DNA of 64,000 nucleotides from Eledone cirrhosa (lineage: Eukaryota): the NCBI GenBank assembly GCA_964016885.1, contig CAXHJY010000918.1:1-64000 (forward strand), in the 5' to 3' direction. Below are positions 1-11,661 of the stretch, piece after piece. Every line of letters starts with the position of its first letter. Position 1 is the stretch's first letter. The position numbers and the translations under genes are program-made. A model generated the notes under the pieces. The model was not told where the DNA came from and did no database searches. It saw nothing but the letters and a program-made list of their open reading frames with translations.

Positions 1-749
1 ATCATCATTACTATTATGAATATTAATCATCATCATCATTTAACGACCGCTTTCTCTTTTTGCAAGAGTTGCAACGGGTTTATAGTACTGAAGCAGGGCC
101 ACTGAGCTCCCAGGCCAGCCGAGGGGTCTGCATTCTGCTTATGTATGGTTATATACTCTATCAAGTGCAGAGGAGAAGTTGTCATGTTTTGGGGCACAAA
201 CTAAAGAGTCCTTATTAAAAAGAACCTCACCACACAAAAAAAAACAGCAACAGGAATACAAAATATATATTAGTTCTAAGAATACTTGTGAAAATATGAA
301 ATAATTTTCTATCTTAAAGCATAGGAAACAATGAAAGTTAATATCAGACCCACTACCAATATCAAGGAAAGCAAAACCTCAAATGATATCTCTGCTGCTA
401 CAACCAGCACTAGCATTATCCATTTTAATGCATTTTCCCCTGTTACGATAAACAAAATGAATGTGTAAAATACCATGTCTTCTAGCAAATCAATAGAGCA
501 TCACGATCTTCGAATCTAATTTCAACAAACATTTGATAACAGTTTCCAGACATTAAGAGTTGGTTAAGAGTTATTTTAAAGATAAACTTAGATCTTTCTC
601 ATGATAAATGTTATATAACCAACACTGGCAAGATGATGTTTTCATCAAGATATAAGTTAACAAAAACTAATATAAAAACAAGGCAAATAGATTAAAAACA
701 AACAAACAACAGGATCAGTCATGCAATTCCACACACACATCTTTATATC

Positions 750-879
750 TTTATATATATATATTTGTGTATATATATATATATTTATATTTGTGTGTGT
801 GTAATATATATATATATATATATTAGTGTGTGTGTATATATATATATATATATTAGTGTGTGTGTGTATATATATATTA

Positions 880-911
<32 letters not shown>

Positions 912-1132
912 TAGTGTGTGTGTGTATATGTATATATATAGTTGTAAATATACATGTATATTTGTATATATATATATATTAGTGTGTGTGTGTATATATA
1001 TATAGTTGTATATATACATGTATATTTGTATATATATATATATATATTAATGTGTGTGTGTATATATATATATAGTTGTATATATGCATGTATATTTGTA
1101 TATATATATATATTTGTATATATGTATATTTG

Positions 1133-1163
<31 letters not shown>

Positions 1164-1366
1164 AATTTTTCTTTGTAATATATATACAGATGTGTTGGTA
1201 TCTGTGTTTCATCACTTACATATTAATTTATATATTTGTATATGTATTTGTATATATATATATATATATGTATTTGTATATATGTATATTTGTATATATG
1301 TATATATTTGTATATATGTATATATTTGTATATATATATATTTGTATGTATATATATATATATTTG

Positions 1367-1429
<63 letters not shown>

Positions 1430-1456
1430 ATATTTGTATATATATATGTATATATT

Positions 1457-1502
<46 letters not shown>
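750..1502. repeat. (TA)n/(TG)n compound microsatellite
   Basis: Directly visible dinucleotide arrays; the overlapping Y/I ORFs are artefacts. Confidence 0.97.
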
Positions 1503-1505
<3 letters not shown>

Positions 1506-1544
1506 CGGTGACAGCCTTCCTTGGCTGTGACCTCTTCTGGCAGT
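1495..1544 (-). ncRNA. Degenerate type I hammerhead ribozyme (PLE-type), 3' side merged into (TA)n
   Basis: Minus strand: actgc CAGAAGA ggt-c-acagcc aaggaa ggctgt-c-acc GAAA tatatata. The core has one substitution versus CTGANGA. Homologous to the HHR at 6829-6884. Confidence 0.65.
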
Positions 1545-2092
1545 CCGAATTGGTGTAGTAGAGACAGGTACACATGTTGTTGAGGTGTTTAACTCCGTCA
1601 ATACTTCTATATGCCCAGTTCCTGGTTGGGTTGTTATTTCTCTGAGGAAACTGGATATATATATATATTTGTATATATATATATTATATATATATATATA
1701 TATACACACAAACCCCATAAACCATGATGCTTATGCACACAGTCTAAAAATAAACAAGTAAGCACACACACACACTCTCACAACATGACAACATATGCAC
1801 CTACACATACACACATACAGAAACTAGCTAATCCCACACACACTCTAAGAACATCATACCAACACACAGATACACAAACACACATTAACTCTTAACATTC
1901 CGTAATACTTTAGCAGAAAATATCTAAAAACAGGTTGATTAATTCAAATGTTTATAGTATCTTTATTGGTGGGCGGATTGTTGTGAAAACTGGTCAGTGG
2001 TCAGGGCAGCTGCTATCTATCTAACTTTGGACAATAAAAACAGCATCTCTCTATCTAGTTACCTTGCAGTCGCTCTGCCTCTCTCTCTCTCT

Positions 2093-2368
<276 letters not shown>

Positions 2369-2419
2369 CAGGATAGACCTTTGGTATGGTTTGCATTGCT
2401 CGATATGTATTGAGTGTGT

Positions 2420-3390
2420 TTTTATCATGGCACTATCACTTTACAGCATGGGCTGTGTGCATTTTATTGTAACACTAACACTATTACTTTGCATAGTAGG
2501 CATTTTATTTTAACACAACCACGACCACTTTACATAGTGGGCTGTGTGCATTTTATTGTACCACAACCACAACCACTTTACAGAGTGGGCTGGGTGTATT
2601 TTATTGTACCACAAGCATAACCCCTTTACATAGTGGGCTGTGAGCATTTTATTGTAGCACAAACACAACCACAACCACTTTACAGAGTGGGCTGGGTGTA
2701 TTTTATTGTACCACAAGCATAACCCCTTTACATAGTGGGCTGTGAGCATTTTATTGTAGCACAAACACAACCACAACCACTTTACAGAGTGGGCTGGGTG
2801 TATTTTATTGTACCACAAGCATAACCCCTTTACATAGTGGGCTGTGAGCATTTTATTGTAGCACAAACACAACCACAACCACTTTACAGAGTGGGCTGGG
2901 TGTATTTTATTGTACCACAAGCATAAACCCCTTTACATAGTGGGCTGTGAGCATTTTATTGTAGCACAAACACAACCACAACCACTTTACAGAGTGGGCT
3001 GGGTGTATTTTATTGTACCACAAGCATAACCCCTTTACATAGTGGGCTGTGAGCATTTTATTGTAGCACAAACACAACCACAACCACTTTACAGAGTGGG
3101 CTGGGTGTATTTTATTGTACCACAAGCATAACCCCTTTACATAGTGGGCTGTGAGCATTTTATTGTAGCACAAACACAACCACAACCACTTTACAGAGTG
3201 GGCTGGGTGTATTTTATTGTACCACAAGCATAACCCCTTTACATAGTGGGCTGTGAGCATTTTATTGTAGCACAAACACAACCACAACCACTTTACAGAG
3301 TGGGCATGTGCATATTTTTGTAGCAAAAGCACAACCACTTTACAGAGTGGGCTGTGTGTATTTTATTGTAGCAAAAGCACAACCACTTTA
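2420..3390. repeat. Tandem satellite, ~102-bp dimeric unit, derived from an RTE/SINE 3' module
   Basis: Repeating ccactttacagagtgggctgggtgtattttattgtacc.../cctttacatagtgggctgtgagcattttattgtagc...; 34-aa periodicity in the ORF track; resembles ccactttacagtgtgggctgggtgctttttt of the RTE tails. Confidence 0.9.
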
Positions 3391-3840
3391 CATACTTCTT
3401 CTCCCACTTATTCCTGAGAGGGTCCTCAAACACTTCTTCCAGCGAGTTCTGTCAGAAGCAACAGTCTCCAACTGATCCAGCTGGATACCCAAGCGAAACC
3501 AGCCACATTCATGTATGTTATCCAACCATCTTACTCGGGGTCTACCCTTAGGTCTCCTGCCGGTTGGTTTTGCCCATAAAATCTGTCCAGTGATTCTTTC
3601 TTGAGACATTCTAACCACATAGCCATAGTATCGAAGCAGTGATCTCTCAATTCAGAGAAGCAGTGGCTCTATCTGGAGTGACTCTCTGAGCTAGGTACTC
3701 TATTGAGTAACATTACTCCAAAGACCCTTCAAAGGAACCCAATTTTGGTTGCTTGTATTCACAATCGTATTCTTTCGGTCATTACTCAAGATTCATGACC
3801 ATAGGTAAGGGTTGACGCGAATACTAAATTGAAGATTATT
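3391..3840 (-). mobile_element. Degenerate RTE-group LINE 3' ORF fragment
   Basis: LRYYGYVVRM...ILWAKPTGRRPKGRPRVRWLDNI...ASDRTRW, typical RTE C-terminus. Confidence 0.75.
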
Positions 3841-4027
3841 TCAGTGCTTATGTTGGTAGTTTATTTTAACATATATTGTATGTATGATCCTGTAACTCCT
3901 GATAGAGTTATAGTAGCACTGTATTGACATACAGCGTTTCTTGGGTATCTTAAGCCTAGCAGATTTCTTCCAGAAAAAGATAGAAAGTGAGAGAGAGGAA
4001 ATGAGAAAGAGATATAGAGGAAGAATC

Positions 4028-4185
4028 CACCCCAGTACTAGACTGGTACATTTTCTATCGACCTCGAAAGGATGAAAGGCAAAGTTGACCTTAGTGGGAT
4101 TTGAACTCAGAGAGCAGAGAGCCGGAACAAATACCATAAGGCATTCTATCCAACGTTCTAACAACTCTGTCAATTCGCCACCTTA
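4028..4185 (-). mobile_element. tRNA-derived SINE (cephalopod OK-like)
   Basis: Minus strand ggtggcgaattgacagagttgttag...GAGTTCAAATCCC (B-box)...tttgcctttcatcctttcgaggtcgata...gtaccagt. Confidence 0.7.
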
Positions 4186-4186
4186 A

Positions 4187-5160
4187 TCTATAATATAAAG
4201 CTGACGGCTGTTCGCCAAACAGCTGGATCAAACAGCACCAAATTCGCACCATAGATGTAACTTTTTCCAAGTAAAAAATGAGGGTATTTTTGTCTACTGA
4301 ATTTTGTTAAAAAATTAAAGACATTATTTAAATATTCACTTCTTTAAAATTTCAAATGTCAACACTTCCGGTTATACGACATTCCTCACTTTTTCTTATG
4401 ACTTCGCACAACATTCCCCTCTTTTTCTTAGTCTGTCTTTTTAGATAGATACATAGCTATAACGTAGCGCCGTTATAATATGTCTCTGTATGTCTGGCTG
4501 TCTGCATTAGATAACGTTTTTCGAAATATTTACTTCTGCGTTCACAGATTCATTTTTTTAGTTTCATAAGATCCCATTGTTACTGTTTGAGGTTAGAGGA
4601 CCAGTCTTTCCAAGATCTGAGAACCATCAATGGTCATCAATGTTCCACTTACCGTTTGGCTTGCCAGTTGCATGGTATGTTACATGATGACAGCCATTGG
4701 CACCTCACCCTGCAAGAAGCAGCAACTGCTAAAGTCCCTTCTCAGCTGCAAAAACTTTTTGCTATTATGCTGCACAACTGCGATCTCGCCAACCCTCTCG
4801 CACTGTGGAACAACCACCGCAAAAGTCTCACTGAGGACATCCTTCACCGCACACGCAGACACAATCCGAACGTAACATACGATGTCATTTTCAATGAGGC
4901 GCTCATTTCTCTTGAAAAAAGTGTCCTGGAGATTGGTGGTAGGCCTCTAAGTCACTACAGCTTACCTGCTCCTGACAGGAGTGTCCAGAGGTCGTCTACA
5001 GAGCTTCTCCGCGAAACGAGCTACAAGATCAGTGCTTCTCCCATGGTCAATTGTATGTAGGATGCTCTAGGGTGAGCTTGCCAAACAATCTCTTCATCTT
5101 TGCTCCGGAGGGCTGAACAAAAAATATTGTATACTCTGAGGCTCTAACAATGTAATTTAA
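4187..5160 (+). mobile_element. Internally deleted Helitron (RepHel fragments)
   Basis: 5' a|TCTATAATATAAAG; ORF 4587-5060 has the Rep-helicase linker SFQDLRTING..TYRLAC..GMLHDD..W..TLQEA..P.QL.KLFA..LW; the next frame gives FSHGQLYVGCSRV...TKNIVYSEAL (Pif1 helicase C-terminus). Confidence 0.88.
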
Positions 5161-5354
5161 ATATTTTCTGTTACTTGGAATTTCCATTAAGGTTGTACAA
5201 GTTACTGTTTGTTAAAAAATGTGTTCTCTGTTCAGCCTTTATTGTTGTAACTATCAATTTTCTTTAACGTTCTGGCTGCTGAACTGGGGAATCCTAAAAA
5301 CTATTCAAACCCAACATCAGAGTACATCATTTTAAATTTAAAATATTAACAAAT

Positions 5355-5563
5355 ATAACCCTTTAACATTTAAACCAGCCGTATCCAGTCAGAATTTTCT
5401 CGCCTCTTTCTGTTCAAACCAGCAGTAACCAGCCGCTCATACTGGTGTATATAATATCAAAATCTTGTAAATTTGATATTATGTGAGATAATTATGTGGG
5501 GTAAAGCCTTTACCACGAAAATATAATAGTAAATATAGAGTAATGTAAATGCTAAAGGGTTAA
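5355..5563. mobile_element. piggyBac-type MITE
   Basis: (a)taa-CCCTTTAACATTTA...TAAATGCTAAAGGG-TTAA; related copies at 9299-9527 and 32179-32466. Confidence 0.8.
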
Positions 5564-5799
5564 ATGATGAGTAATAACAAAGAGCCACAAATCATAAAGA
5601 TACTTTTATTCATGCATTGGTATGTAAGAATAATCAGTTGAAGAATCATATGAACAATTCGGTTTGAAAAAAAATCTGTAATTTTGGATTGAGCTGAGAA
5701 AATACCACGTGGGGAATTTGAAGCAGCATTTTTTGGTCAAGTATTTTGGTTGGATGACAATTCTGCGAGAATGAGTGCCTCAAAATATATTTTTTCGTT

Positions 5800-6117
5800 G
5801 ACCGGGTGATGTGTTGTGTCCTTCAGCAAGACACTTTATTTCACATGGCTCCAGTTTACTTAGCTGTAGAAATGAGATGATAGGGACTGGGGTCCCTATC
5901 ATTCCACTGCAAAGTGGTCATGGAGGTGCCACGGCAAAAAAGCACCCAGCCCACACTGTAAAGTGGACATGTAGGCGCCACGGGAAAAAAGCACCCAGCA
6001 CTCACTGTAAATGAGGTTGGTGTTAGGAAGGGCATCCAGCTGTAGAAATCAAGCTAGAATCAGTTCCCGTCCCACCCTTGCAAGCAGGGAAAAGCGGACG
6101 TAAAATGATGATGATGT
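5800..6117 (+). mobile_element. 5'-truncated CORE-like SINE with RTE-derived tail
   Basis: gtgtccttcagcaagacacttta core, gttaggaagggcatccagctgtag tail and (GAT)n end. Confidence 0.85.
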
Positions 6118-6304
6118 AGCGAGGAATTTTGGTTGCTTGGGGTTCAATTTTCGTTCGTTGTACTAAAATATTCATAATGAATTTTGTTATAACGAGATTC
6201 TTTTATCATTGTTTTAATAAGCTTTGTGGCCAGGGATTAAAAAAAAATTTTGTTATACTGAAAAATTCATTATAATGTTATTTGTTATAATGGAATTTTA
6301 CCTA

Positions 6305-6602
6305 TCATCATCATTCATCATTTCATTTTTATGTCCGCTTTTTCCCTGCTTGCAAGGGGGGGGGGACTGATTCTGGCTTGATTTCTACAGCTGGATGCCC
6401 TTCCTAACACCAACCTCATTTACAGTGAGTGTTGGGTGCTTTTTTGCCGTGGCACCTCCACGACCACTTTGCAGTGGAATGATAGGGACCTCAGTCCCTA
6501 TCATCTCATTTCTACAGCTGAGTAAACTGGAGCAATGTGAAATAAAGTCTCTTGCACAAGGAAACAACACATCACCCGGTCTGAGAATTGAACTCGCAAC
6601 CT
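6305..6602 (-). mobile_element. Same SINE family, reverse copy
   Basis: Reverse complement of the 5800-6117 family, including B-box gagttcaattct. Confidence 0.85.
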
Positions 6603-6739
6603 ATTAGTGATTGTATGGGTTAGTATTCAGTTGTGGTTTTAAGTTTTTACCGGTTGCGCATTTCTAAATGGTTTTCAAAAATAATTTTGAGATAGAGTGT
6701 CCGTGCTGTTTGCTCTGGTCTGTTACACCTCTATTCTTT

Positions 6740-6779
<40 letters not shown>

Positions 6780-6828
6780 AAGGCTCTGATACCATCAACA
6801 CTATAAACACAGGGCTAAGAACTCACTA

Positions 6829-6884
6829 ACTACCTGATGAGGTCATAGCCATTCAATGGCTATCATCGAAATATATATAGCAGT
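6829..6884 (+). ncRNA. Minimal type I hammerhead ribozyme (PLE pLTR type)
   Basis: actac CTGATGA ggt-c-atagccatt c aatggctat-c-atc GAAA tatat ATA gcagt, followed by AATAAA; palindromic stem III. Confidence 0.8.
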
Positions 6885-6961
6885 AAATAAAGGATTATGA
6901 GTTCATGCAATTGACTTATGTTTCGTCACTATATATATATATATACTCTTTTACCTGTTCC

Positions 6962-7023
6962 AGCCATTACCAAAGGTTTCAGGAAACTAGACGGTCCTTA
7001 CAGAAACATCCAGCTCGTTCATC

Positions 7024-7030
<7 letters not shown>
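6962..7030 (-). ncRNA. Type I hammerhead ribozyme, stem I truncated by (TA)n
   Basis: Minus strand: CTGATGA ac gagctggatg...cgtctagttt cct GAAA cc ttt g GTA; 10-bp stem II including G-U pairs. Confidence 0.65.
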
Positions 7031-7110
<80 letters not shown>

Positions 7111-7147
7111 ATATTTATAAAAAGCACCAAAGAATCAATACATTTTT

Positions 7148-7278
7148 AAACTAACACGTTTCAGCCACTAAGAACTTCATCCCAGGGTTGTATAGTTACA
7201 TAATTAAAAAATTTTAAATTCTTCAAAAAATATTTTTCAAATTTACTTATGGGTTCAAAATCGGCATCATCAGAGTTT
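7148..7278 (-). ncRNA. Hammerhead-like motif with ~100-nt stem II insertion
   Basis: Minus strand: aaact CTGATGA tgccg ...(104 nt between core halves)... tggct GAAA cgt GTT agttt; stem I aaact/agttt. Confidence 0.55.
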
Positions 7279-7505
7279 ATTTTCACATACTTAAAAAGTT
7301 ATTAATAATGGTTTGAAATAGTATGTGTAGTTAGAGTCCAACATGTTTCAGAATTAAGTGTATTGAGTGCTTAAGAGGCAAAAGCACGCTTGTTTATTTA
7401 TTTTTTTGGTGCTGACTACATATATATACATACATTGTTTGATTTCATGATTTGTTGTCTGTACACATCACAGCTTCAGAGAACCACCCCCAAAAATGTC
7501 TTATA

Positions 7506-8440
7506 TCATCATCATCATCATCATCATCATCACCGTTTTACGTCCGTTCTTCCACGCTAGCATGGGTTAGACGGGTTGTCCTGTTGTGGGCAGTGTCTGG
7601 TCGGCTGACCATGCCTTGCTCATACAGGAACTGATTTGGCTTGTTTTCTACAGCCGGATGCCCTTCATAACACCAACCTCATTTACAGTGAGTGCTGGGT
7701 GCTTTTTCGTGGCGCCTACACGTCCACTTTACAGTGTGGGCTGAGTGCTTTTTTGCCGTGGCACCTCCACGACCACCTTGCAGTGGGCGGTGTGGGGGCA
7801 TATTGTCTATATGCTTCAGCTTGTACCTATGGGAGGTCGGGTACTCTGTATTACTGCGTGACGCCAGAGGTCACGGTCGTGTGTCATCGCCTTTGAGAGG
7901 TGTAATTGGGTAAGGTCGGCTTTTATCACCTCATCCCAGGTCTTTTGGGGTCTGCCCACTCCGCGGTTTCCATCGACTTCTAGTGCTCTGCACCTTTTTA
8001 TGCAGCTGTCATCCTTCATACGCATCACATGTCCATACCAACGCAACCGCCTCTCCTGCACACAGCATTTGATTCCTCTTATGCTCAGTCTCTCTCTCTC
8101 AATTCATTTATGCTTTGTCGTTCGCGTATATTACTATTACACATCCATTGGAGCATGCAGGCTTCGTTTCTCTCTAATCTACGTAAGTCTTCCACCTTCA
8201 GCGCCCAGGTCTCACTACCATGTAACATTGCTGTTCGGATACACGCATCATACAGTCTGCCTTTCATTTTGGGGGAGAAGCTTTTGCAGCTAGCAGTGGT
8301 AGTAGTTCCCTAAACTTCTTCCATCCCATTCTTACCCTAGTTATTGTACTTTCTGAACACCCACCTCCGCTGCTAATTCGGTCACCTAGGTAGCAGAAGT
8401 TGTCTACTGTTTCTACAGAGCCCTCCCGGAGATTGGTGGT
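7506..8440 (-). mobile_element. RTE LINE 3' fragment
   Basis: [20 protein letters not shown]...[12 protein letters not shown]...GRPQKTW plus 3' UTR and (GAT)n tail. Confidence 0.93.
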
Positions 8441-8503
8441 ACTTGTTTCCTGTGGCTGTTTGCTGCTTGCTGTCCCAGCACAGCTGCTGCATATATGTAT
8501 ATA

Positions 8504-8535
<32 letters not shown>

Positions 8536-8699
8536 CTTATATATATATATACTTATATATATATATGCTTATATATATATGTATATATATATATATAAAG
8601 GCCAACGTAAAAAAAAGTAGAAACAATAATGATTGTGTTTGTAGAGGAGAATACATGTGGAAGTAGATAAGTGATATTAGTGATCAGCATGTGGGATCC

Positions 8700-9160
8700 A
8701 TAATGGAATTTTCCAGTTCTTTAAAATAAATGTGTGGGTGTTGGAGCAACGATTGAAAAAATCTGCCCTCTTAAGGAGTTGTAGAGATGTTTCATTATAT
8801 TCCAACTTGTCGACGTACACAACTGATATGTCTTCAGGTTATTTGTATAGGGTTGGGATCTTTCTAGAATCTTCCATTTGATAAAGAAATGTGTACCAGT
8901 CTTTGGCTTGTGAGTTTAGTTTTTCATTTTTATTAAGATATCTGAAAGTTTTCTCGTGGTTTAGGAAGCAGTTTTCAAATTAGCCTCCCAATATCCTCAC
9001 ATAGGTTCTGACCTCCTGCTGTTAGTTTGGTTGGGTCAAGGTGACATCAGCTTCATATGTCAATGGTCATACATTACATTTTCAGTCTAGGAGGCATACC
9101 ACTGGTTTTCTGTGTAAGTAGCTTGGTATGTAGGAGTTCATGAGTTTGTCGAGCCTTAAA
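8700..9160 (-). pseudogene. Decayed Penelope-like GIY-YIG endonuclease fragment
   Basis: Minus frames read ...CLLD*KCNV..YEA.V..TYV..F.N.F.NHEKTFRY... and IKWKILERSQPYTNNLKTYQLC, paralleling the ORF at 22181-22744. Confidence 0.6.
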
Positions 9161-9298
9161 CTAATATTCTCATTTTGTACCATATTCCATCTTGCTTTTG
9201 TTTTTGTTTTTCTGTCCATTACACACACACACATATATGTGGATGTGTGTGTGTGTGTGTGTGTAATTAACAAAAAACAAAAACAATAAAATATTTGT

Positions 9299-9527
9299 TT
9301 AACCATTTAGCATTTAAACAAGCTGTATCCAGCCAAAATTCTCTCACCTCTTTCTGTTCAAACCTGCTGTAACCGGCCTCTCATACTTATGTTAAGGGAT
9401 TGTTCTCAAAATATATAATATCAAAATCTCATAGATTCGATATTATGTGAGATAATTATCTGAGGTAAAGAGTTTACCATGAAAATATAATAGTATATAT
9501 AAAGAAATGTAAATGGTAAAGAGTTAA
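9299..9527. mobile_element. piggyBac-type MITE
   Basis: TTAA flanks; homologous to 5355-5563. Confidence 0.75.
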
Positions 9528-11354
9528 GGCTCAAGTGAATTAGGAAAAAAAAGCAAATACATAACGTTTCAGACTACACTCTTCTTCCAAAGGAGGAGAG
9601 ATAATAAACAAAAGAGAGAGAAAAGCAAGAAAAAAGAAAAAAAAGGAGAATGGAAAGACTTGTAAATTTGAGTTTACATCATGACAGTTTGAGAAAGGAT
9701 AGCAGTGTCAAATAGAAGAACACACAGATACAGACTGTTGACTTTGTTTTTAAAATATAAGTGAAAGTGGCATTCAAACAAGTATCCTCCTCTACCAACT
9801 AACTCACCCACTGTCTCAGAGTCCTGGGAAATACATTGCCCCCGGAGGATGACGAGGGAGACACGCTGGAACAACCACTCCACGTCAAATGGCCAATTCT
9901 GCTCTGATGTTGGGGACACAAGTATGAGACAACAGCGTGGGAAGGTGTGATGGAGAGAGGAAGTGAGGTGGGTAAAGGGAGTAGAGTTTACTGGGGTTTT
10001 TAGTGTGGGTGAGGAAGTTAAGGAGCAGGTGATTGAGGTGTAGAATGAAGGGGGAGAATGAACTGGGTTATATGTAAGGAGTAAAAGGATGTGAGGAGAA
10101 TGATGGTCTAGGGCAAGTGTTAGTTGAGGGTGTGAATTTGTGAAAGAGTGGAGCTGATTGTAGCACACGAGATGTTAAGCATGGGAGTGGCTAGGTGCCA
10201 TAATGGAGGAAGATATTGACACATGGAAACTGAAACAGAAAGTTCATGGTGTGAGTTGATGATGAAGGGAAGAGATATGACTGGTGAAGCGGGTTCTTTG
10301 GAAATGGTGCAAAGAGTGTTGGGGAAGCTGGAAAGAAGAGGAGTGAGAAATTGCCTGATGCCAAGATGTAGAGTAGTGTGGAAAGAAGAGGTCTGGTATG
10401 GTGGTAGGATGCAGGGGGAGAGAATCAGGAAGAAGGGTAGAGACAGAGAAGTGGAATATAAAGAGAAAATGCAAAGAAGAATGGAGTGGGAAGGGGAAGT
10501 TTTAAGGAGGTGTGAATTAGAAGTATAAGGAGAAGATTGTGAGGAGAAACATGTTTCCGAAACCTGAGGTGATGAAAATTAAAGGCAAAAAATCTGTCAT
10601 GTTCCTTAACGGTAATCCATTTGTGTAATCCAAGGTACTGGAACTTTGGGGCTCCAAGAAGAAGGATAATCCAAGGATTTAGTAATGTTAGGAGAGACAA
10701 GAAACTGAATGAGCACACTTAATACACTGAACAAGGAAATAGGGAAAAAAAGCAAGATAAAATAAGGTGAAAATTGAATATATTGGTTTAAGGCTCAAGA
10801 GAAGCAAAAAAACAAAACAAAACAATTAATACATGTTTGAGGCTACACCATTCTTCAGAAGGGAAAGAGAGAATAAAGAAAAGTAAGCAGGAAAAAAGTG
10901 AGATAAATAATAGCATGTATAAATTTATGTTTACATCATGGTGGTTTTTGAAGAAGTATATGGGGACATAAATGTGACTTCATAACAGGAGAGTGACAGG
11001 GAGGAACACACACATGTAAAGCTATGTGTGTGTGCGTATATATATATATGAATCTCAGGAAAAATGGGAGAACTTGGCGGATGGAAGCTGTTAGAAAAGC
11101 AAAATACCCTTGAAACAGTGTTGGGTAAAATATTACCTCGAAGGACAGAGATCAGGGGCATAATGTGAGTTGGCTCAAAGGAAGGAAGAGAAGATAGGAA
11201 GGAGGAAAAAGAATGAATGAAAGCGGACAGGTCATAAACATTAATATACACTCATCAAGTCTCAACCTCCAACAGTTTCAAGTAATTAATGAGACTACTG
11301 CTTGGGATAGGAGGCTCGTAATGGAGAGTCAAATATCTTCGGTCATATAGTGTA

Positions 11355-11661
11355 TCTCTGTAAAGTTGGTACCACAACATCCAGTCTAAATTAATGAGAT
11401 AATGAGATCGAGATCGTGTGTCACGACAAAAAAACACACAGTCCACGCTGTAATGTGGCCATGTAGGTAACACGGTAAAAAGTTCCCAGTCCACACTGTA
11501 AATGTGGTTGATGTTAGGAAGGGCATCCAGCTGTAGAAAACCTGCCAGATAGTCCTATACGAGATATGGTCACCCGACCAACCTTGCCTCAAATTTGGAC
11601 AACTCCCATCTAACCCATGCTAGCATGGAAGATAGACGTTAAACGATGATGATGATGATGA
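11355..11661 (+). mobile_element. RTE 3' UTR fragment
   Basis: Matches the 30270-30560 tail; ends in (GAT)n. Confidence 0.85.

Noticed and set aside
2420-3390. Repeat array superficially like a CRISPR array or a repetitive protein
   Set aside because: Units are identical with no unique spacers, the context is eukaryotic, and there are no cas genes
3925-3980. Minus-strand ctggaaga...gaaacgctgta hammerhead-like motif
   Set aside because: Core has an extra base and stems I and II do not pair convincingly
6120-6303. Repeated ttgttata(a/c) motifs resembling a pogo/Tigger terminus
   Set aside because: Matching opposite TIR not found; too degenerate to call
8780-8845. Minus-strand CTGAAGA...GAAAcatctc
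   Set aside because: Lies within GIY-YIG coding remnant and has no stem I or II pairing
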